Below, piece by piece: positions 1 through 11,678 of a stretch of DNA of 64,000 nucleotides (position 1 is the stretch's first letter; every line of letters begins with the position of its first letter). This DNA is from Intoshia linei (lineage: Eukaryota; Animalia; Orthonectida). The notes under the pieces were generated by a model that made no database searches, was not told where the DNA came from, and saw nothing but the letters and a program-made list of their open reading frames with translations. The position numbers and the translations under genes were made by a program. The stretch covers positions 4,422 through 68,421 of the forward strand of contig LWCA01000045.1 in NCBI GenBank assembly GCA_001642005.1. Direction: 5' to 3'.

Positions 1-159
1 CTGTATTTTTCAATTTAATACCAATTTCAATTAAACCTTCAAAAAAGTAATCAATCAAATTCAAGTGTATACTGGTTTTTTCCTCTCCAAAAATCTAAAT
101 ATTATTTCATTTATATTGATGTACAAATAAAAATATAAATATTAATGACACAAATTAAT

Positions 160-262
160 ATAGACGAAATATTAGAGAAATATCAAATAAAACATCGAAT
201 TTTGATGATTATTTGAGATACGGCTGCAAACCAATACTGGTCACAAAAATTGAGTTAACAAA
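160..262 (+). pseudogene. Short hATm-like transposase remnant
   Basis: Reads DEILEKYQIKHRILMII*DTAA/NTGHKN, which resembles DEIANILKEFNLNDQISMVICDTTSASTNKK of the element at 54102-56119. Confidence 0.4.
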
Positions 263-561
263 TTTTCACTTTTTGGGGCGTTGGAGGAAATTTTGTATTT
301 ATATTTTTGACATGTATAGTAGAGCGTTAACTTTTTAGTCGAATTTTAGAAATTGATGTAGGATGAGTAATATCATATAAATCACATCTATAATATTTTT
401 TTTAATATCATAATAAAAAACTCCGGCCACCTTTCACTTTGAAAAATCACCTATTTTATTATGAACGATTGTTCATTATTTCTATACATTTTTAAGTATA
501 TCAATTGTATCATTGACTAGTTAATCGTAATATACTTGAATGAGGATCCGTTTCGTAGGTA

Positions 562-873
562 TTATACTCTATTTATTGCACCACCAAAAACCTCATTTGT
601 TAGAGCAACTTGAAGAGGTGGTACCGATACATATAAATGTTTTTTAAACATTTTAGGACACTGCGCTGTTTTTGATGGATGGGGAGGTGGTAATTCTTCT
701 ATATGAGAGCTGCAGTGTTCTAGGCCATTTTTTAATGGAAGTTTATACCACTTTATATATTCTCTATGGTTGGTAAAAGAATAATCTTTGATGTCAAATT
801 TGTTCGTTCCGTTTGATAGGAATGCATCACTTTTTTTCAGATTTGGACGTGGCATAAATGTGTCATATTCCAC
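562..873 (-). CDS. Possible coding exon of an unidentified gene
   Basis: 103-codon ORF, less AT-rich than its flanks; no family recognised and splice sites not resolved. Confidence 0.3.
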   Translation of the reverse strand: MEYDTFMPRPNLKKSDAFLSNGTNKFDIKDYSFTNHREYIKWYKLPLKNGLEHCSSHIEELPPPHPSKTAQCPKMFKKHLYVSVPPLQVALTNEVFGGAINRV

Positions 874-1225
874 GATAGTTTTGATAATTTAATATTTCTA
901 TTAATTAATTAATCTATTAATTAATAATTTCTATTCAAAGCAATATTTATAATATTGAATTTTTTATACAAATTATAGAGTTCTTGAGCTATAATTTAGT
1001 AAATCAGATTTACAATTCTGTAGATCTCGAAATTTCAATCTTTGTTAAATATCCTCCAATATTTTACGTTTACAATTAAGTCGCATTTGATAACGGGTAC
1101 CCGCGTACAGATTTCTAGAGAAATAAAACATGGATAAAATATATTTGGCTTAGCTTTTATTACTAAATTCGCAGAACCATTTTTGTGATTATAAGAGTTA
1201 TTATACGACATGTGATACATTATAC

Positions 1226-1436
1226 CAGCGTTTCCCAAATGCTGGTCCGTGCAAATTATTTGCGGGTTCATTGTAATGTAGCAAATAATTGTGAAAAATT
1301 TTTTACTATTTAAAAGTCAATTTATTACGTTTCTTATCAAATTTTTTTTAATGGTAGTAATTTCACTTTAATGTTATAATAATGATAAATTTTACAATTT
1401 ATTACCAGTCCCCCGTGAAAAAAGTGGCAACGCCTG
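1226..1436. mobile_element. hAT (Buster-type) MITE
   Basis: Termini CAGCGTTTCCCA...GGCAACGCCTG with a perfect 8-bp TSD CATTATAC (1218-1225, 1437-1444). Confidence 0.8.
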
Positions 1437-1444
1437 CATTATAC

Positions 1445-2320
1445 CAACTTGGTATCTAGTAACAGAGAAGTAGATTTAAATGTCAAAATAGTTTCGAATT
1501 GTATGATTAAAACCAAATTTACACGAATAAAAAAGTTTCTACATTTTTGTGATAACAATAAAATCGATAAAACTGATAAAATCGCAAAAATCAAACCATT
1601 AATAAATTTCCTTAATAAATGTTTAAACAATTTGGAGTTTTCAAAACAGATTTGAGCATAGATAACCAAATGATACCGTATAGTGGATTTCATGGATCAA
1701 GGCAGTATATGCCTAATAAGCCTATTAAATTTGGTTATAAAGTTTGAATGTTAGCATCAAGTGACGGTTATCGATTTCCTCTAGAAGTATATATAGATAT
1801 CAAAAAATGAAAGGAAATCCCCATTAGGATAAAGTGTTATTTCTAATTTACTAAAATCTATTGAAATACCTGAAAGTCATACTATCACTTTTGAAAATTT
1901 CTTTACAACTATTAATTTTATGAAATAATTAAAAACTAAAGGGGTTAAGGCAACTGGGACAATTGGGGATAATCGAGTCGAATTGAATCAAGGATGCTCC
2001 TCTCATGATATCAAAACAGGTGAAAAAGATTTCCCGTGGATTTTATGATTACAAAAGCGATGACATCTTATTGGTAAGATGGAATGACAGTAAACCTATG
2101 ACAATTGCAACAAATTATGATTCTATTTTCTATTGTCCTAAGTTAGTCGGTTTTGTAGACCTTCCCTGAAAAGTGTCAAATTGATTGTCCAAATATAATA
2201 AAAAATTATAATGAAGTATGGAAGGTGTCGACTACGTAGACTGAGCAGTTAGTAATTACCGTCCAGGCATAGCTGTAAAAAAATGATAATTTCCATTTTT
2301 TCCTCATACATAAAACTTCA
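1445..2320 (+). pseudogene. Degenerate piggyBac (PGBD3-like) transposase
   Basis: Motifs IKKFLHFCDN, SIDNQMIPY-G-HGSRQYMPNKPIKFGYK, TFENFFTT, ATGTI, VRWNDSKP, YN..MEGVD; many stops and frameshifts. Confidence 0.9.
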
Positions 2321-2966
2321 TTCTAATTTTTTTATTAATCTTTTTGAAGCTGATATAAATTTTGTTTCAGAAAAGTTGGTGAACTGATAGATTTGTAGAA
2401 TAATGTTTCGTCAGACTGGATATAAAAATTGATGATTAATAAAAAAATCTATTCCCTCATCTTTGGGGAGAGGTTAAGTTTTTATTGGCGTTCCCTTCTT
2501 CATATCGAGTCGAAAAGGAATGTAGTGCTGGAATGATCTTCAGACCAAAAAAACATCCAAATTGAAAAGTGTCCGACATAAGTCTTAGGCACCCAATTGT
2601 AATTAATCTAAACACTCGTGGTTCATAACTTTAGACATTTTTTTATATCATATCTAGTGTATAATCATGAGAAAATATTTAAAAAACCTAAAAAAGTAAA
2701 AACTATAGAAAAAATATAATAATTAATGAAATATAGGTATTTTTAATTAAAAATGCAAAATTTAGAGCGACATAAGTCTTATGTACCTATAAAATAATAC
2801 AATTAGTTATGTTAATTAAATGAAAATGTCAGATAAATATATATAAAATTACTAATATTTTGTATTCCATTATTTCTTTTTAATAATTGATACAATTCTT
2901 CAAAGCAATAAAGAATACAAACCTTGAATAGTTTTAGAGGTACGCGGTCCCATTCGTCCTGTATAT

Positions 2967-4536
2967 CAGGCATTCTCAACCCTTTTTCGCTATGAACCCC
3001 TAAGATGATATTAAAAAAAACCTGTGGACCTCAAAAAAATAAATAATAATGACAAATTTTAATGAATCATTACATTTGGGTAACGAATGATGGCCAAATA
3101 AGATGGAGTAATCTAGCTTTGCGAGATAAATAAGATTCTTGGAATTCACGTTTTTACAAGATGTTCTATATCAAGTTCTAAATTTGATTATTGATATTTA
3201 TCGAATATGTCCGATAGATAAAAAATATCACTTTTGACAGTATATATATTTATTCCATAGCTCCTTTCATTCAGAAATACCATTACTGTGTTCAATAACG
3301 TAATAAACCGCTTTAAATAAGTGCCTTTGGATAACCACCTAACTTCGGTGCGCAATATTAACATCCTAAAAATGTCGTTATTTTCTTAACATAAAACTTT
3401 AAATATTCCATCTTCAGAGAATTACTTTTTATAAAATTTACGGCTTCAATAATTAATAATAACGAAGTATTGAGACTAGTTCCTAATTTCTTCGCGATAA
3501 GATGCTCTCTATGTATTACGCAATGTATGGAAAATATTGATCGAACGACTTTTTTAAGCTCCGCTATAAACCTGCCTACCAACCATATTTGCTGCTCTAT
3601 CAGTGGCACATGCTATTATACTCTCAATTAAGATTTGATTTTCGGTAAAATATGTTTTTGCCTAATTAAAAATCGTAATGCCTTTAGTATCAGTTTTGAT
3701 ACTACTTATAACATTTCTTCAATTATTTTTGATCTAACTAATATCTAATCTATCTAACTGATAAATCTAACGTATGCCATTAACAGAAATGCATTATTTT
3801 TTAAGGTTGTTTCATCAATCTGAATAAAAATTTTTGTTGATCTCAGTGAAGTAGTAAATTTATCTTCAATATTTGTTGCCATTTCATGGATTCTTCTTGA
3901 CACAGAAGAATTGCTGAATAGAAGAGATCGCATTACACTTCTATCAAGATTTTCAAATAGTTCACACAATACTATACTAATTGCTGGAAGAATTAGTGAT
4001 TCGCCATTACTATGAGGTATTTTATTTTCGGCAATTATTTTACTTATTTTGTAAAATCCCGAAAGCCCCTTTTATAAGTGCCTTAGATATGGATGTGTAA
4101 TGATTTATAATCATATTTTCAAAATATGAAATACATTTATCTTTTTCATTTGGATGTATTCTGTTTAGGTGAGTTTTCAGTTTGATTGGTTTCATACTAT
4201 CATTTCCTAGAATTTTCATACCAATTAAACACATCAGCAATTTTGGATTATTGGTTGATTCGATAAAGCCATAACATCAATAACTAATTAGGTAGGATCA
4301 ACATTTTTCCTAAAAATCACTAACATAAAGTCACTTTTTCATAGTTATCGTCATATTTTAAAATTGCAGTCTTTTTTTCAAAACTAAAGTCAGTTTATTT
4401 GTTTACTTCTTTAAAAAAATAAGTTTATGATTTGAAAATATGACGTTAGTTAAGAAAAAATGACTTTATGTAGTGAAAATGTCTATAATATGTAATAAAT
4501 GTATATAATTTTCATAGACCCCGTTGATAATGCCTG
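2967..4536 (-). mobile_element. hAT Buster/ZBED8-SCAND3-like element, internally deleted, nested in the Tc1
   Basis: TIRs CAGGCATTCTCAAC / GTTGATAATGCCTG; TSD CTGTATAT/CTGTATGT; transposase motifs NDSMKPIKLKTHL, SNSSVSRRIHEMA, QIDETT, IHCVIHREHL, RWLSKG. Confidence 0.9.
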
Positions 4537-4671
4537 CTGTATGTCTTCATATTTCTTCTAAGTTTACTGGATCTAGCTTATAAACCTTATTTTTCAAAAT
4601 TTTCCACACATCTTCAGTAATGTTTAAATCTGGACTTTGCACCGGTAAATCTTTTAATAATTATTTTCCGA

Positions 4672-5530
4672 GTGTGCAAGCAACGATTTGTCGAAATATA
4701 GTAATCCAGCCTTTGAAACGCTCATAAAAGCTTTAAATAAATACCAAAAGAAAAATTTGAATATACTATATGACACAGTTACTACTTTTGTTACTGTTAT
4801 ATACCAATCTTTATGTGATAAAGCTATCTTTAATAGATTGTTTGTTTTACTGATTGATAAATGGGAGAAGACTAGTATGCAAGATTCTACCTTTTTCTAT
4901 AAGGGAAAGTGTGATTTCATTAGTTATAACGGTGAACAGTTACGTAGAACCTTATGCTGAAAAAATGTACCTAATATTCTTTGATTTGTTGGAACACACA
5001 TTAAAATTACAGGAAGCTTATATTTCTTTTTCAAGAAACGTGGATGAACCTGATACAGGGTTTTTTATAGTTCTTTGGATTTAATTGGAGCTCTGGTGAT
5101 CAGTTTAAACAATAATTTTTGCAAATTTTTAAGTTTGGACGTAAAATTAATAAATTTAATACACACTTGTTGTTTGCAGGATGCCATTGTTATCAAACAA
5201 AGTGCTTATGCACTTCTTGGTGATTTAGCTAAGTATTGCTTACAATATTTTTCAGGTTATATTATCGAATTCTTTGACCCAATAGTGAAACTTTTAAATA
5301 CTCCCAAAAATCGTGCAGCTAGTAATGCTATATTGCTACTCAGCCAATTATCTCAGCACATGAGCCAAAACTTTGCTGAATATGTCCCCATGTTCTTCCC
5401 AATATTTATTAATATTATAAATGACTTTTCAATGCCAATTTCAGTTATTCAAAATACAACTGTTTTGATCTGTAGGATGTGCAATTGTAACTCTGATGAA
5501 CCCTGGAAATATCTCGATTCATTTATAATT
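4672..5530 (+). pseudogene. TNPO1: Transportin (importin beta-2/Kap104) C-terminal HEAT-repeat fragment, intronless, two frameshifts
   Basis: ALNKYQKKNLNILYD, DEPDTGFFIV/LDLIGAL, KQSAYALLGDLAKYC, ASNAILLLSQL and IQNTTVLICRM match transportin motifs (KYQHKNLLILYD, PDKDFMIVALDL, RQSSFALLGDLTKAC, LENTAITIGRL); lacks the native start and end. Confidence 0.85.
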
Positions 5531-7394
5531 TATAATGTTTTTATACGATTACGCTTTATCAAATGATGGTTTTCTTTGCTGTGTGACACGGTGCTTGCTG
5601 CTTCTTCAATCCATCGATAAATGTTATTTATTTGCTTTTCTAAGAATTCTGATATTCTTGAGCGTTTATTATTCCTACACACTTTATTAATACTCTTTTT
5701 CTATCTGCGATAATACCTACCCAAATCATATATGACTGGCTTTGTTTAATACTTCTACTTGTGTACATCGATAAAAATTTTGTTTTTTTAGGTCTTCATA
5801 CATAAACTATTCGTCTTGTAAATAATTCAAAACGACTTTCATCAGTGAAGCTTATATTTTTATATTGGTTCGTTCATACCACTTACATCATTTAAAACGG
5901 TTTATTCAGTGAAATGTTTTAAGAAACAGTTTTCAACTTGCAATTCTTCCATATAATCAAATTCTATATAACACGTTGCACCTAATCAAACTCAGCTTTT
6001 TTGAAATACTGGAGTGTTACTTAACCCTTAATACTGTCAAGAAAAAGTTTTTATTTGTTTCCCTCATTATAATAGTCTCTTAGCTGGCGGTTAGCATGCG
6101 TTTCGACCGATCTTGGCAAACAAGCTATGCATAACCCTTTAATATTTTGAAACCCACATAGATAAATACTAAAGGTTTTACTTATAAAACTGACTATTTT
6201 TCTTCCTTGTATTAAGACACGACATTGTATCTTTTTTAGTAACTTGCTAAAAAAATAGTTATATTTAATTTATAGATCATTAATAATTCACTACGTTTTA
6301 GTTTCATCGATATTTAATATTGTTTAATTGAATTTATCAAGGTGCCTAAGACTTATGTCGTAAATATTTTTAATATCGTAAACAAAACAGTATTGAAATG
6401 TATCTTTTTATAGTAGTGTATGAGTTTATGATATTAGTATGGTTATATATTAGTGAGATCATTCTTTAATTAGTCTCATATTTAAGTTGAAGTTCAACAT
6501 ACGCCTTATTAACTTGATAGTGGTTTTTAATGAGAATATGTAGGGTGCCTAAGACTTATGTCGCGCATTGTATAAATAATTACATATTCTACTTCGGTAG
6601 TGCTGATAAAACGTGGAGTAAAGTAATCCGACTGGACCACTCATAAGTGCCACGCCGCAAATTGTCAATATAATGTTGTTTAATTTGTTAACACCCCTTT
6701 TGCCCATAGTTTCAAATTTTCGAAAAAGTTTATCCTCTAATGTTTTTGGTTGTTTCATCAATTTGACATACTAAATAAAAATAAATACAGTATCATTGTC
6801 AATATTATTCAATAACACAAATTAAATAAAAATTGTCCATCTTAACACATAATTCAAAAATTTCTACATATATTTCTATCTAAATTACTAAATATTTATG
6901 GTGTTTTATTTATTGAATAGCGAAACCAAGTTTTATTATTCAAAACGAAAACAAATAGGCGAATGGACATGAGTTATGGTGATGCTGTTGGCTTCAGGTC
7001 GATATTATGGAACAACAAAGTCTTAACTCATGAAAATGTTACTAATCAAGTAACAAAATTCTCGAATAATCAAACGAACTTAGAACTATCGACAGCAATG
7101 CCACATGCCATATCGTCCATAGAGACAGGAAAAATGGAAAATAAGAGAACCATTTACAAAAGGCTCAATTATCAAACAAACAAAACTAGAACATACTTCC
7201 CAACATAGATAAATTTCCAAAATGAAGAAATCAACTAATTAATAAAATAATTAAATCGTGTATCAGTCTATATAGATCCCAACATTTTCTTAAAAAGAAA
7301 AAAAATGATTCATATAGGTTTGTCCTTGATTATAGACTTCTAAATTCAGTAATCATATGTGATAAATATCCTTAAACCAAGGAATACTATTGTT

Positions 7395-7655
7395 TTTGTT
7401 TTTTGGTATCTAAATAAGATGGTAAGGATAGATTTTTAGTTGATTTTAGAGTTAAATTAGTTGACTAAAATTGATTCTTATCCTACTCCATATCCATGAG
7501 AGGTGTTTGATTTGTTGAAAGGTGATTCAGTGTTTAGTACATTAGAGTTGTCAAAAGAGTTTTAGCAAGAACCATTGAAAGAGTATAGGTCGTTGACTAC
7601 ATTTGCTACAAATGCATTAGAGTTGAGTAATAAGTTTTTTCAGTTTAAAATGCTT
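7395..7655 (+). pseudogene. Ty3/gypsy reverse transcriptase fragment
   Basis: FLVSK*DGKDRFLVDF/ELN*LTKIDSYPTP..EVFDLLKGDSVFSTLELSKEF*Q..LTTFAT. Confidence 0.8.
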
Positions 7656-8311
7656 TAATGCACACGTTCAATCTCCCACATATTTTACAACACTTTTTAC
7701 TCCAATAAATCCTAGAAAAGATAAACAAAAATACTTGAACAGATTACGCAATCGTGATAAATGCAACAAACTTCAAAGATTCCTCACGGAACATTGATTT
7801 GTTACGGAGGTGTAATATTCTATCTAAACTTACCTTTATTAAAGTTTTAAAATTCATTAAAACAAACTAGTTACTGATTAATAATATATTTGTACAAATT
7901 AAATTGTCCCCTTTTAAATTTATAATTTTAATATAACTGTACTTTAAATATTCCTCATCTATAACATTACAACTATATAATAATAATATTAAATAAAAAT
8001 TAACAAGGAACCATTCTGTCTTTTGAAGTGATAGATTTACAAGCATAATCTATAATCCTTTTCATTTTAATAAAAATAAGAAATATAATTAAATTAAATA
8101 ATAATTTATTGAAATATGAAAGAATATATATTTGAAAGTTTATTTATAGAACTAAAGTGACGCAAGATACTATTTACAGATTTATTTTATTGTTTCCAAA
8201 GTAATATAACGTTAAATTGAATAATGATATATTTAATTTTATAATTAACTTTTAATTACAGAGGATATTTCAATGATATATATTTTTGTATAGAGAGAAT
8301 AGACTATACAA

Positions 8312-9575
8312 TCCTTACTTATATAATATGCTACGCGATTTTTGTTTGTGTGTGTTCCACTTTATTGAAATAAACCTGTCTTAGAATTTTATTAAGTCCA
8401 CATTCCAATTACAGTTTTTTCCGGAACATATAAGAATATAAATTTCAACCTCCCAAACTCACATCTTACGGGTCAAAAACCCCAATTGTTTTTTTTTTGA
8501 AAATCATAAACATTATCATAAATTTAAATAAATTATATCTATAGTGCCAAAACCCCAAATTACCCTTTTTTTTTTAATGAAAACAGTCCTAGAATATATA
8601 AAAATTTACAGGTGGTACACTTGTATTATATTAACACACACAAAAAATTTTAATCCGAATAAGTGACGACTTCACGGTCAAAAAAGCATTTAATTCATAT
8701 ATTTTTTTCCGAATTACTGTAAAACAAAAAATGTGAAATAATTAACGGTCCGCAAATTAAAAAAAAGATCATTTTTATACTTATTACAATCCTTTGCAAT
8801 TTTGGTCCAATTTAGGATTTGACTGTTTTTACTTTATTTTTAATATTATACACACATTCTGTCTAATAAAATTGGACTGTTTTTACTTTATTTTTAATAT
8901 TATACACACATTCTGTCTAATAAAATTAAAAAGTTTTAACTTTATTTTTAATATTATACACACATTCTGTCTAATAAATTAAAAAAATGGAATAACAATT
9001 GTTTTTAAAATTCTTTAAGAAAATGTTAACAAACTAAAAATTAAGATGGAATAATTCACTTTAAAGTAAAAAGTAATGTGATATGATGGTTTCACCTGAA
9101 CAAAATTTGGGACCACTCTTTTGAAGATTGATAATAGTGAATAGTAGGATTTTTAAGTTAGATTTTCNTTATATAATATTTATGCTATTTATGAAAATAT
9201 TTAGGATTTGACTGTTTTTACTTTATTTTTAATATTATACACACATTCTGTCTATGAATGACATTTGTGTTTACATCTGTCTATTACACAAAATTACACA
9301 CATAAAAATAGGATAACAATTGTTTTTAAAATTTTTCACGCAAATGTTAACAAAAAAAATTAAGACGGAATAATTCACTTTAATCTAAAAAGTAATGTGA
9401 TATGACGGTTCCACCTGAAACAAGTTGGGAACCACTTTTTTAAAGGATTCATAATAGTGAATATTAGGAACTGTAAGTTAGATTTTCAACGTGAATTAAT
9501 TTTTTTGGTATAATAAAAATGTGCCCTTTGCAGAGCTAGGTGTTGTGTATACGTAGTACATAACAGTTAACCTAG
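8312..9575 (+). mobile_element. Non-autonomous Helitron, copy 1
   Basis: A|TC 5' end (TCCTTACTTATATAATATGCTACGC), GT-rich microsatellite, subterminal hairpin, CTAG|T 3' end, no TSD; 'n' at 9168. Confidence 0.85.
8820..8985 (+). repeat. ~52-bp tandem repeat inside the Helitron (about 3 units)
   Basis: Unit GACTGTTTTTACTTTATTTTTAATATTATACACACATTCTGTCTAATAAAATT; 2 units at 47510-47615, 1 in other copies. Confidence 0.9.
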
Positions 9576-11678
9576 TTGTACTATAAATCGTTAGTAATGT
9601 ATTAGTCAGTCATCATCAAAAAAGCAATAAAAACATCAATATGCACTTTATTTTGAATAATTTATAATTTTATTGAAGACTAGCAAAATATTCTTTAATG
9701 AGGGAGAGTAATTTTTATCTTATTATTAATCCTTACTAAGATAAAATGGAATGTTTGCATGTTCCCGGATATTTTATTCTGATACTAAGACTTTACCTGC
9801 AATCTTTTATCACAAATTTCAACATAAGAAATTTATGTGCTATGTAAAGTTATATTATATATTTTAAATTTACTTTAACATATTTGTATGAATTTCAATA
9901 ATTACATTTGGGGGGGGGGGTAAATATTAACCGATTTTATTTTTTTTAGATAATAAATGCTTAAAATCAAAAATTGTATCCACATACTAAATGGGTTTTC
10001 TAATAAAAAAAACATAAAACGTAGATACCCTACTATTCAATTTAGTTTTTATAGAAACTCAATATCAAAGTAGTTACACTGATACTTGAGTTATACTTAA
10101 GACATGAGTTCTTAACCTGGGATGCTAAACCAATTTGGAAGCGCGCCATTTTGGATTCGGACTCTTAACACACACGGACATTCAATTTTATATAAGTAAA
10201 GTTCAACTGAAACAGAATTCTGCAACACGGTCCAAAAGGCTCTTCAAACGAGAACTTTTTGTTGTGATTTAGAACTCTACTAATCATCTTTGATTATCAG
10301 ATGCGTGTGTGATGACAGTGTACCCTTCCACTCTACCGAATATTTTGAGCAATATTCAATTCACTTCGATTACACAGATTCTGTTATTTACAATTTTGTC
10401 AATTAATAATAATATAATTTAGCTGAGGCATTTATTCAATACATTAAAGTTATAACAAATTTTGTTTTATACGAAAACAACGTTTATGATGTGGCAGATT
10501 TTCAATCAATTTATAAATTTGGAATAAACATAAAGGTACCACAATAAATATATGTTAAAACGTGGAAACTATCTTATTTGACAATTGTCTTAAGTATTAT
10601 TATCAGAGTGATCGATGCTTTTACATACCATATATCGAATATAATGTCTAAACTTTTTGATGCAGTATTAGTGATACATTTCTTATAAATTTTTCTTTAG
10701 ATGTGTAAAATTCAACAAGTTATACATTATATTGATAAATTTTTGTGTAATTCACTTGTGGAGAAAAAATATGGAAATGTTGTTGATTTGTACATTTTTC
10801 TTTATACTGAATCTAAAAAATTGTGTTACATGTACCATTTTGATGTGAATGTTAATTATTACCTCTTGTGTCAAAAGTAATTGATTAATTTTTTCAAATA
10901 TTTGTTGTTACCCTAATAACGGTCTAAATTGTTGGACCAAACTAAAATTTTTATAACTGTTGTATTTTGAGATTCCCAAGATGAGGAAATTTTAATTTAT
11001 GTAAAAAAATTAGTTTGCCTCTATTTTCTCCTTTCTATTATCTACTTCCATCTTTATTACCCTTGCACTTATGAGTAAATATAATTATTATAATTATTAG
11101 TTTTGAAGATACTAGAGCTGTTAAAGAAAATTTAGTCGAAATTTACCATACCATTAAAGATACAAAATTATATCATTTTAATTGTAAATTTTTTTAAATT
11201 GTTTTATTACAAATTAAATCTTAGTAAATTGGATGTATGTAGCATCCTGTAAATTAGAGGATTTTAATTGTAAATTAACTCAGGTTATATTTTTATTTTT
11301 TAGTTTACAATTCAGTTTTAGATGATTAAGGTTTTTGAAAACACGTTGCATTTCTCAGATTTCAAGTTTATACCAATTAATGGATTAAAACCGGAATTTG
11401 TACTATTTTTGAGTATTATGATATTTTTATAATATTGACTTTTTAGATGAAAATGTATATAAAAAGAAATGAAATTTAATTAAATCGAATAATATGGAAC
11501 TTGAATTTTTCGTTTATTAACTATTGGACAATGAAATTTAAGTTTTTTGTTAAAATTGCACAACTACGATATGTAGTTTTCAAAAAAATGGTAGTGTATT
11601 GTCCGTAACGATATAAATTCAAAACAACTTTTTCTGTAAATAAACTTTATAAATCAAATTTTATAAATTTTTAATTTT

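Larger units (their letters stand above)
2567..6570 (-). mobile_element. IR/DR-type Tc1 element, degenerate, with two internal insertions
   Basis: Motif CGACATAAGTCTTAGGCACC at 2574 and 2768 and inverted at 6341 and 6544; right end followed by TA. Minus-strand transposase pieces: ISFTDESRFELF (~5840), MIWVGI, APCHTAKKT (~5580), LPVQSPDLNITEDVWKILK (4590-4650), IQDEWDRVP..TIQGLY..NTKY* (2855-2965). Confidence 0.9.

Noticed and set aside
6571-7208. ORFs 6549-6761 (-) and 6963-7208 (+)
   Set aside because: No recognisable homology; flanked by Tc1 and gypsy debris
8820-8985. CRISPR-like repeat array
   Set aside because: Head-to-tail tandem units without unique spacers, eukaryotic context, no cas genes
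9700-11600. Possible gene upstream of TRAIP
   Set aside because: Exon-like patches, but no consistent frame or recognisable domain
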